From: Vermamoeba vermiformis
Lineage: Eukaryota
DNA: 20,000 bases
Reading direction: 5' to 3'
NCBI GenBank assembly: GCA_045837725.1
Contig: JBEWZL010000109.1
Location: 426,408-446,407 of the forward strand
Below the pieces are notes generated by a model. It was not told where the DNA came from. It worked only from the letters and a program-made list of their open reading frames with translations, and made no database searches. The translations under genes and the position numbers were made by a program. Each line of letters opens with the position of its first letter. The stretch's first letter is position 1. Below, piece by piece: positions 1 to 10,200 of the stretch.

Positions 1-1191
1 CAAATACTCCGCGTATACAGACCTCGTCTATTGGATGATTAATATCCCATTTATATTCTGGGTATAATTCTTGGAAGTAAAACAGTGTTTTGAGGTAAGA
101 TCCAGCTCCCGAGTTTTTGCCGTTCTCCTAACAAAGTATAAGAATACTTAAATAATACATTATAATCTACCTACGTTACGCCTAATGAAGTTAACGATAT
201 CTCTTTTCTTATTCAATTCGATCAGTTTAACCCACGCGTGATCTTCGTACTTCTTGAAAAGCTCCAACACCAACAAAGTTGTTTTTCGTTCTGGACGTTG
301 TTTAAGCTCGTTGATATCATCAGTTGGCTTAAGAAACTGATCGGCAATAAGGAACATGAAATCGATAATTCTTGGTTTCCTAGTAAGGAATTGTTCGTTC
401 TCATGGCAGGCTACATCCGAAACAAAAGACTGAAACGATATTATTTAAAGCCATTAAATAGATCATACGTACACTTATTATAAAGGAAAGAACCTTATCT
501 GCATTAGCAGCGTCAATTTGTTCTAGCAGATTCGATCTGCCAAGTTGTTTTTGGAGTTCTGGATTGATAGGCCTTATTTGCTGTAGTATACTGTCGCATG
601 TAATAGTAGGGAAATAAAATAGAAGCGATTCAGCATCGTTATTATTCACTGCAAGCTAGAAAGTTGAATTGGATCAGTGACAGTTCATTTGCGATTTGTT
701 ACACAACCTCAAATAATAAAATCACAAGAAAAAACGTGTAGTATACATCATATCATTTCGTACCTTAGCATGATAATCGATGAATTTCCGCCGCACGCGA
801 GACGCTGAATGCAGATTATGACAGGTAGATCTACAAATTTTGTTATTCAGTCAGCTTCGGAGCTTTAAAATACGGAATGTGTAATGATATTATAGTAGCA
901 CCATTATTAGCTATCAGAACACTAATTGGTTGTTTTGAACTCGAATAATTAAACCGCAAAGAATCTTCTAAAATTACATTTGGCTAACCCGCAGTAATTA
1001 ATTATTATACCTCGGTTACTATTATATACTTACGGCGAATGATCGAATACACATTTTTTAAAGACCAAATCTTCGTGTAATCGGTTGTGGAGATCTTTAC
1101 AGGTGAATAACAACGCTCCAAAGTCTAATAGATCGATGTATTTTGCATAATTATAGAATAATTCTGTTGGGACATTTAGTAGCGCTGCCAT
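1..1191 (-). CDS. F-box protein, paralog A (spliced; 3' end runs off the window)
   Basis: ATG at 1191. Exon 1 MAALLNVPTELFYNYAKYIDLLDFGALLFTCKDLHNRLHEDLVFKK fits the F-box pattern (L..vP.E....I..yld..dl..l..tCK.l......d..fk). Later GT-AG exons stay in frame (STCHNLHSASRVRRKFIDYHAK / LAVNNNDAESLLFYFPT... / ...DQFLKPTDD... / ENGKNSGAGSYLKTLFYFQELYPEYKWDINHPI). Intron positions match the 5391-7143 gene. Confidence 0.85.
224..343. repeat. Near-identical 120-nt direct repeat, copy 1 (copy 2 at 6188-6307)
   Basis: Direct comparison gives 118/120 identical, with an unbroken 90-nt match (254-343 vs 6218-6307). Confidence 0.95.
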
Positions 1192-1285
1192 TGTGGTAAG
1201 GGCCTGGGTAGTTCTAGAAAATTACGCCGTCGCATTTTTTTTAGTATTTGGCCACAAAGACAATAACTGAGCGAAAATTTATCGT

Positions 1286-4039
1286 ATGCAATTAGATCAC
1301 GACGCAACTCCTGGAAAATATATTGAATATTGCATAGCAACTCAAGCATCATGGAAAATATGCGGTAATTAATTGTATCAACTTGAATAATTCGTCCATT
1401 ATTTTATTTAATAGCCATTTGTTGTCAAATAATAATTCTAATATTTGTAATGCGTTTGCGCTACTTACGGAATATATTTTAATTTTTTTTAATTTACAAT
1501 TTTCGATCCAGCGATTGACAAGCAAGAACGATACGCACAAATCTTTGAAGCTGTGAGAACGAACAAACGCATTAAAAAATTGCTTCTTCGTTGCGAGTTA
1601 CATGGCGGGCCGACAGACTACGACTTGTACAAGTTTGCCAGTGCCCTTGAAGCAAATACATCACTCGAGACTTTAGTTTTACGAGGTAAAAATGCCAATT
1701 TAAATTGCATTTATCGAGTTATTAATAATTACGTAATTTAATTAAGGTCTTAACACTAACGTACCGCACGGATTTGCTGCAGTTTTGCAAGCATTGACTC
1801 AACATACACCAAAACTTACCGCTTTTGAGTGTAGTAAGTATAAATAGGACTTTATTATATGGTTAATAATTAAATGACTATATTTAGCATCGCGTCCTGA
1901 GTTTGTACCGGCTGAATGGACTGCCTTGATCGAGTTCCTGCGGTCAAACACAACGTTAAAGACTCTTGACCTGTTTAACTGCCACTTGACCGAGGAACAA
2001 TTAATCGAGTTAATGGACGTACTGAAGCATAATAGCGAAGTGAAGTTTCTTGATTTGGAAGGTACGGCAAAAACGCGGTATTTTTTCGCGGAAATTTACT
2101 ACTTCAGCCCTCATGCCCTAATACAATAATTTTCTATCTATCCGTTGGCATTTTACTAAATTATATATTACCGGATCGTTTGGTTAATATTTTTTTTAAA
2201 TACTTCAAAAATGTTATTTTGGTGACAAGTCGCTAACGATCATCATATTGTATAGGCAGTGACCTTTCGTTCGCAAGTTTAATGGCCATTGCACAGTTCG
2301 TGGCGAGCAGCACTACGTTGGAAGAACTCAGGATCAGCGAGTTGGATCTGACCAAAGATGAAGAAGCGCAATTAATAGCAATCATGCAAAACAATACGAG
2401 CTTAGTGTTTGTTCCGCGAAATGTTGAGTTCCTCAACACAAGTCAATTTGTCGAAAGAAATCTTAAAGCCTGGCACGCAGCAGAGAAACAACGACGAAAA
2501 TTTGAATTCCCAGAAAAACCTCAACCATGGCAGCCAGTATTATTGCCTGATACTACGCACGAACCAGCTATTAAACAGCTCTCATCGGACATTTTGCGAT
2601 TGATTCTGTGGCAACTCGATGTCCGGTCATTGTGCGCGTTTCGAAGAACAGATAGACAACACTACGCGTTCACGAAAAACAACATTTTTTGGCGTGATTA
2701 TTACACAAAGTACTTCTCGTGCGTCCCTGGCGACGTATTTTTACTGACAGATTTGACGTACGGCATCAAACTTGCGAATGCTCGGACACCTGTTGAGGCC
2801 TTTGCAACGCCCTTGTGGGAAGAGATGTTGATCAATTCATTCCGTGCGCGTACTGTCAGTGCCAAGGACTATCCAACAAACTACTGCATTCCATTTATGG
2901 AACCAGTGTACCGTCAATTTCCGCAGCTGATTGGTGCCACGGACAGCAGCGGCGAATTTACAGCCCTGCCTCCAAGCAGCGACTGGCACAAGAAAGGCTT
3001 GCCATACGCTTACACGTGGTTCTTGATCTACGCAAAGGGCTCAGCAGTCTACCACCTTGGCTTTGAAAAGTTGCACGATGGCCAGTACAACGGAATTTTG
3101 TTCTTCACGCAAGACTTTTCCGCTGCTTTTTCTGCGCGATTCGATTACATGTTATATATTTTTGAATGGTTTACGACCTACAGCGAAACAGAATTTGCAG
3201 AAAAGTGCAAAGATTTGTGCCAGCTCTACTTGTGCACGCGAGAGACAAACAATTATGATAGGACTACAGCTCCATTCTACAAAGACGTCGAAAAAACCTT
3301 GCTGCAGCCAGCACTCAAAGCACGTGACAAATTGATTACTTCTCTCAACAGCATGATTGACTCAGCAGCGAAAGAATACTGCAGTACAAATAATACTGTC
3401 AATATGACCCTGGTCGAAGATTTGATCAAACAGTTCAAAAGAGTGAGTGACTTGCCGGATTTGGACTTGGAGCGTGTACGCCAGTACATACCAAAGCGAT
3501 CAAGTTTGAATGCAAAGTACGTGACCGACGACAATGTCACGTGTCACAATTTCACGACACATGATTGGGAGATTCCTGAACAGGCCAATAGGATCCAATA
3601 TAAAGCACCTAGACACCGAAAAAAAGCAAAAAAGCTGCCTCAAGTCGTACTCGCGAAGCTCTATCGAGTGGCACTGAACTTCATTCTGATGCCGGTACTC
3701 AAGACGTTTTGGCTGGATGACATTAATAATCCGGACTACGAAATTTATCCGTTTTTACGATGGTCCAAGGAGTCATTTGACACATTTAAAGAGCTGTATT
3801 ATTCGTCAAGTTCCTATGTGCCCTTCGAACACATTTCAATTGGCAAAGCTTGTCCCGCACAATGGCCGATGATTGCTCTCGGATTGGCCAATCAAATCAT
3901 GCCGTACATTATTGCTGCAATGAATGGTATTATGCAAGGTACTACGACAGATCTGGACAAGTTGGTTGTTGTTTTGGATCAAACCTTCATTCCACAACGA
4001 ATCAAATTTCATCTGCGGAAGATTGCTGAGGGCAAATAA
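1286..4039 (+). CDS. RI-like LRR repeats + internal F-box + ~440-aa C-terminal region of unknown function (5 exons)
   Basis: Introns ~1365-1511, 1686-1746, 1834-1887 and 2062-2255 splice in frame. LRRs: ALEANTSLETLVLR, FLRSNTTLKTLDLFNCHL, LKHNSEVKFLDLEG, VASSTTLEELRISELDL. F-box-like IKQLSSDILRLILWQLDVRSLCAFRRTDRQHYAFTKNNIFWRDYY (~2570-2706). The last exon (2256-4039) is one open frame. Confidence 0.8.
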
Positions 4040-4275
4040 GAATGCGATAGTTGTTAATAAAACTAATCTCCATAGCACACTTTAGTCCGAGCAAATCCGA
4101 GACTAAATTTCCGGACATCGCTTGAAAAAAAAGAGTGCCACCACAAAAACTCTTTTCGCTCAAAATGAACTACCAAAATATTTGAATATAGATCAGATTT
4201 ATTGTCATGAGCTGCTTGAAACCATTCGCGAAGGAAACTCGTTTTCGATCGAATCCAGAGTAACTTTACTAATAT

Positions 4276-4771
4276 TTACAAGCGCTTCTGGGACTTGATT
4301 TTGTTTCTAATTATCGATAGAACGCGGTCAGGATCTCTTGAAGAGAATCCCTTACGGATACTTTCGGATTTGGTTTTGATCACGATCGACACCGGTTTCT
4401 CCTTTCTACAATTTAGCCCGGATCTTTTCATATCTAAGGCCCACCATATATCCGACAAACCCATGCCTATACAATAGCAAATTAGCGATCGCGGCGTCAA
4501 TTTCGGCTAATTAATTTTAAAATTTCCGAAGATAGTGTAATTTAACTTAATTGCTGTTCTTACCCCATCCTTTGTGTTCTATCCACTCGAGTCCTAGCTC
4601 TTTATTAGTGGTCACGTATGAAATATCTTCGTAGCGGATTCTCTTGGATAGAGCGAAGGGGAAGTAGTACCGATGAATAGTGACTCCTTGTTCATCCAAT
4701 GTTACATACTCGTCTTCGTACAGCAAGGTTAAAGGTTCAGAGTCACTATGGTGCGTCGCGTTGTTGCCCAT
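4276..4771 (-). CDS. Small uncharacterised protein, probably PH-like fold, possible N-myristoylation (2 exons)
   Basis: Intron 4467-4563 (GTAAGA...TATAG) joins MGNNAT...VTIHRYYFPFALSKRIRYEDISYV...HKGW to GMGLSDIWWALDMKR...IVIKTKSESIRKGFSSRDPDRVLSIIR. The YYFP / KxWG / WWxxDxxR / GF motifs recall a conserved uncharacterised family (from memory). The N-terminus fits MGxxxS/T. Confidence 0.75.
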
Positions 4772-4922
4772 TTCGGATCAATTACAATTTTCCGGAACTG
4801 TTCTGTTGCTCACTATTGCTTAGAGGAATTGATTGAACTACTTTATGGAAGTTTTCTCTATTTATGCGTTGATTTGTGAGCTCAAAGCTACGAAAAATCG
4901 AAACAACGAACTCTGAGGAAAA

Positions 4923-4995
4923 GTTCCGAACAATTGGTTACAATCCTATTAAAATTAAGCTTGATATGCCGCTCTATCCATCTTTTGTTCGGAAC
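4923..4995. repeat. Perfect 11-bp inverted repeat GTTCCGAACAA ... TTGTTCGGAAC
   Basis: 4923-4933 and 4985-4995 are exact reverse complements, separated by a 51-nt spacer containing TATTAAAA. Confidence 0.8.
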
Positions 4996-5003
4996 AATAA
5001 TTG

Positions 5004-5301
5004 CGTTGAAGATCGAGGTCTGAGTACGAAACGTTGAAAGGTACATTGAGATCTGGCGCAGAGCCGATGAATTGGGTTTACTTATATTACAACAGCCACT
5101 GCCTGACTGGTCATATTTACGTGCCACTTATCCATTCTTTGAGTAGTGCGCGGTCCACTGGTCCCAGGCACTAATACCCGATTTATTAAGGTTGACACGT
5201 GTCAACAACCACGGACGTCTTCCGAGCCCTCCGTCCTTTGTGGTTTTGCTATGACTCTGTCATCAAGTACTGATCGGTGACTTCTCGGTGACTCTTCAAC
5301 G
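5004..5301 (+). ncRNA. Candidate structured non-coding RNA (~300 nt), family unassigned
   Basis: Terminal stem 5004-5012/5293-5301. Internal helices 5066-5077/5176-5187, 5100-5110/5158-5170 and 5120-5130/5140-5150; hairpins 5191-5206 and 5207-5245. Non-Watson-Crick positions inside the helices are mostly G-U on the + strand. More GC-rich than flanking intergenic DNA, with no credible coding exon. Confidence 0.6.
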
Positions 5302-5390
5302 AAACAGTGCGCAGCTGTAATGGAACCTAGATCCTGATCCGGATCAAATTTTCATCACTCAGCTACAGCAATATATCCGCTTGCAATACT

Positions 5391-7143
5391 TTAATTCGAT
5401 TGTAGAACTTGATCTATCTTCTTGATTTCATCATAAGCAATGGCTAGGTGCTTGTAGGAGGGCATATCTCTGTTAGCCGCTACTTCACCCGGTTCAGAAT
5501 TTGCAAATCTGGCACCATAGGCAACTAGTCTCTTAATATGCTCTGTACAGTCTATTGTTTGGTCTGAATATAATAAGTAATAATACAAAAATGAGGTATA
5601 GCCAAGATTTCCTCCTCTTTTCGCATTCGGATCTAAAAAAAAGTTAAAAAAAACTTTGACTGTCAGATCCGGTTTTTTAAACCTCTATTAAGATTACCTG
5701 TTCCTAGTTCTAATAACCTGGTCTGAAACTTTTCCATATTCTTAAACCTTTCATAACTTAACCAAAGGTGCGGAAAGCCTTTAGTTAATTTTCCGCCGTA
5801 GTGCTCCACAATAAACTCTAACATTTCAAAATCTTTGACAGCTACTATATAATCTGTTACTGTCATCTATTTCCTAATTTAGTAATCCTATGTTTATCTC
5901 ATCATTTACGTACATTAGTGAATTCTTCTGTAAGGTATTTGGTTCCGTTAATAAAGGTGCTACTGATGCAGACCTTGCCGATTGGATGATTGACGTTAAA
6001 TTTGTACTGAGGATACTTTTCTTGGAAATAAAATAGCGTGCGTAAGTATGGCTCAGCGCCTTTTAGGTACGGATGCGGCATGTTCTACCAAAAAAAAAAT
6101 TAACTTAAGAGTATTATTAATAACTACTGACGTACTCTATTTAAATATGATTGGCTAATACTTTGTCGTTTTTTGTTTAGATCCGCGAGTTTAACCCACG
6201 CGTGATCTTCATACTTTTTGAAAAGCTCCAACACCAACAAAGTTGTTTTTCGTTCTGGACGTTGTTTAAGCTCGTTGATATCATCAGTTGGCTTAAGAAA
6301 CTGATCGCCAAGCATAAATAGCAGTTCTATAATTACTGCTGATTTCTTGTCGTCTGCGTCGCGTGGATAATAATCCTGCTTGATTGAGGGCAGATCGGCA
6401 ATAAAAGACTGATTTAAATTAATATTTATAACGTCAATAATATCACATACCTCTATGATAAATGCGAGGACTTTATCCGCGTCGACAGCGTCAATTTGTT
6501 CGAGCAGATTCGCTCTGCCAAGTTTTTTTTGGAGCTCTGGGCTGACTGGCCTCAGTTGCTGGATTATACTATCGCACGCGAGAGTAGGAAAGTAGAATAA
6601 TAGGGCATCTGGATCATTGTTTCGTAAAGCAAGCTAGAAAACGGATGTGATCAGTACTTTAGAAGCTTTAAGAAGTGTTCAGTTGATCTGTTACAGGGAA
6701 TTTTATCTTAATATATTAATATAATTACCTGCGCGTTATATTCAATAAACTTCCGCCGCACAGAAGACTTTGACTGAGGATTTTTAATGGTGAAACTAAA
6801 AGTTGTTAATAAATATAGAAATTAATGCTTTATTAATTAATAACCATACCAATAATTATTATAGTATAAATGTGCTTAAATATTTAACGTATAATTGCAA
6901 GATTTTTGCAAGATCCTTCAGAAATGTAAAAATTGGTATAAATAATGGAGCACTGCTCAATTAAGTTGAATATATTTACACTTACGGCGACTGATCAAAC
7001 ACAACTTTTTTAAAGACCAAATCTTCGTGCAATCGGTTGTGCAGATCTTTACAGGTGAACAGCAGAGCACCAAAGTCTAATAGATCAATATACTTAGCAT
7101 AATAATAAAACACTTCTGTCGGAACATTCACTAGCGATGCCAT
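5391..7143 (-). CDS. F-box protein, paralog B, with degenerate ankyrin-like C-terminus (7 exons)
   Basis: ATG at 7143 (MASLVNVPTEVFYYYAKYIDLLDFGALLFTCKDLHNRL, F-box). Exons splice in frame to TAA at 5391. Spliced C-terminus has ankyrin-like helix-turn ends EMLEFIVEHYGG, RLLELGTDPNAKRG and HIKRLVAYGARF. Confidence 0.85.
6188..6307. repeat. Near-identical 120-nt direct repeat, copy 2 (copy 1 at 224-343)
   Basis: Same comparison as copy 1; lies within exon 4 of paralog B. Confidence 0.95.
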
Positions 7144-7238
7144 TTTGTGTTGACTTGCTTTCAATTTGAAATAAAATAAGAAAATATTATGATACTCCCA
7201 AAAAGGAAAAATCACGTGATTTTATTAGCGCCTAGATT

Positions 7239-10200
7239 TTAGAGAATTGGCGGCAGTGTTCGTAACCTCAGCTCTTTCTCGTTCATCAATTGCACGACAT
7301 CGTTGAGGTCGTTAGCAGACAACACGCCCTTGAGACTATGCACACTCTTCAGCCACATCGCTTTGCACCACGGCACATTGCGCAATGCTCGGAAAAATAC
7401 TCCGCGAACTTCATTCGGTCTGAAGAACTTGGCTGCGTGGTCAATGTAGTTCAGCCACAAAACGACGGATCGGCGAGTCGGATCCACGGTCAATGCTCGT
7501 TCCAGTATTGATGTTATTCTGTTACTACTGCCTAGTCTATTCTCCGACTTGATTGCTACGAGCCACACCAGCGATGATTTTTGACTGCAACAAAAATAAA
7601 ATTAATAAAATTTTCCGATTGAACAGGCGAAGTCTAAGGTCATTGTCTCGATACTAATGTATCATATGTTACTATAGTATGATAGTATTACTTACTTCTC
7701 GGCATGTTCGTCGATTAATCGTCTAAATTGGGCAGCAAGATGACCGTACGCTGCTGCATGTCCCGCAAGAGCCCACGACCACAATGCACTCGGTCGAAGG
7801 TTAATGACCGCTGTATTAATGTCTCGCAGCATCGCAGGCGATATTATATTCAGATTGACTAGCATGAAGTAATGTGATAAGGATCTGCACAAAAAAAGTT
7901 TCAGTAAGTTGCCCAAATAAGGAAATATTCACAGGTGTACTTACGCCATCAACAATTGTTCTTGAATGAGTTGATTAGGGGCTGTAACAGCAACTGCCTG
8001 ATCGTATATTGATTTGATCTTTTCGAATGGTCCGTGCGCTATCCATTCGAATAGTGCGTAACAGACGGTGAAGTCTTTGAACAATACGAATGAGTCTATT
8101 GAACTCGTGGCCTTCAGATCTGATCTCATCTTGTCGAATTTTTGCTCGTAGTTCTATATACATTGAACACGTTAGGAAGAGTTAAGCAGCGAGATATTTT
8201 AATTCTTTTACCTTTCTGGCCTTCAGAATGCGAGTTGCAGGAACTGTAGCGGGAGGTGCTCCTTTTTTGGCAGGTGCTAATGGCGTGAAATTTCCTTCCG
8301 TCAATGAGACCAGGATATTCAATGCACTGTTCCTCGCCTCATCACCTTCAGAGTCGAGTTCCATTTGCACGTAAGCACGTGACAACACGACCACGTGCTC
8401 TTTGACCTCTGGTGGCAATTTCGCTCCCATAGCCAGTGCAGTGTTGTACACTTTTTTAGCTTCTTTGATGTTTCCGTTCAATCGCTCTGCTGTCGCATAA
8501 GCATTCCATAAATGGAGATTCATGCTGTCACTCTTCAGCAAAGTCTTCGACAAATCACGTGCCATCGCGATATCGATTCGTCCTTCAGTGAAAATGTTGA
8601 TAATTTGCAGCCGTTGTTGCAGCGCCTTTGGGAACGATTTTGAAGTTTGTGCAAAAACGTTTCTAAAAATGGAGGTCTGGGTTAGATTACCATAAAAGGA
8701 AACAACTTTTAGCGTACCTTATTAATTCTATTCTATTTACATCGGTTGTATCTACAGAGATTACGGGCAACCATTGATCGTAATCTAACTTTAAATAATT
8801 GATCTGTAACATAGAGCGTTAGATTTGATTTTATTACCGAGGATATCTGCACTTACTTTTTGCTTAGCTTTGTCCTCTGAATGGTCAAAATAGCCTAATT
8901 TAGTCAAGACATCTGTCACGTGACGGTTGTCTTCGAGCTCTAGCTCTGACTTGTCCTTCTCGTACTCGTTGTTGCTGTCAAATCGTTGTGACATTTTGAC
9001 ACCTAAGAACTCGAGCATTCGCAGCACGAACTCTAATCGCAAGTCTTCATACGACACGCGGAACAAAAATCCTCTAATATCTGTCACAGGCGGAATAATT
9101 AGTACAATCCCGCAAGACAACCTATCGATCAAGGCTTACCGTCAAAAAGTACAACAGCCTCAGGGTCTTGTTCGTCAATATTCTCAGTCGTGGTGCGTGC
9201 AGGGAGCCAATTTGAGTCATCTAAACGCTGTTCACTTGACAGCCATTCCGTTAACTGATCGGCCTCTTCTTGCATGGCAACGATTTCAGCAGCACTCGGT
9301 TGCACTTCATTCATTTTGACGTCTTCTTGTTGCTCTTCTTGTTCTTCGTCATCGCTATCTTCATCTTCGTCTCGTTCCTTTTTATCGCTGGTATCATTAG
9401 TAGGCTGCTCTGGGAACACCGGATCATCTTCAGTTGGCCGCTCTGGATCGTAATCGGGAATCAAATCCTCCTATAAAAACTTGGTTAGACTGACAACTGA
9501 ACGACCTGTGAGATCTCACAAGCACGTACCTCTTTCAGCTTATCTTCCATAGTTCCGTGCCATACACGCCAGCCCTTGGCGTCTTTCTCGCCGAATCTAG
9601 GTACTTCAGCGTCCCAAAAAGCTTGCATAAAGTTGAGCTGTGTCTCGCGCGTCACGCTCTCGAGCTTCAATTTGTCAGGGCAGTTCAAGTTCATTTCAGC
9701 AAAACCCTTAAGGAGTCGTTAGTTCGTGTCGAGTAAGTAATAAAGAGCGTACCTGTAGCAATGCAAAGCCTCGTTCTGTGAATCCAGCTTGTCGTTCAAT
9801 CCACGCTGACCGCACTAAAATCGTCAACGCTTGTTCCTCTAACTTGCGGTGCTTCTCGCTGCCAACATTGTAGATGCCCTTCGCGCGTACCAATCCACGA
9901 ATAGCTTGCAACAAGATGGTTCGCATGGTGGAGATTGTGAACATTGCAAAGTTCGACGATACGAACGAGATGTAAGCTTTCCATAATGTAGCGCTATCTG
10001 GTTTTGCAGATACAGCCTGTTGCCATACTCGCAGTACTTTATCTGTGCTGTTGAATTAGTTAAGGAAACGATTCATGAAAGTAGTTCAGTGAATGGCAAA
10101 AAATTCGCTTCAAAGGATACTCCCAAATTTTCTCGCTGCAAGTTCCATATCCAATTAACAGTTCTTCATTTGCAGGATTGTATTGTAATGCTCGCTGATA

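Noticed and set aside
4913-5035. Hammerhead-like CTGAGGA and CTGAGTACGAAAC
   Set aside because: No CUGANGA-stem II-GAAA arrangement with stems I and III.
5054-5066. tRNA/SINE A-box-like TGGCGCAGAG
   Set aside because: No B-box (GTTCRANNC) downstream and no cloverleaf.
4888-5127. 79-aa minus-strand ORF over the candidate RNA
   Set aside because: GTG start, no recognisable motifs and no supporting exon structure.
4913-5330. RNase P/MRP call from GAGGAAAAGTTCC (4916-4927) with AATGGAACCTA (5319-5329), or GGTCTGAG with CTCAGCT
   Set aside because: The first pair lacks the bulged-U P4 geometry and lies outside the terminal stem; the second lacks the GGAA lead-in of CR-I. A family call needs a covariance-model search.
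5321-5350. TPP riboswitch-like GAACCT...CCTGATCCGGAT
   Set aside because: The downstream AAUxCCxGCGxAGGGA and an appropriately placed CUGAGA are missing.
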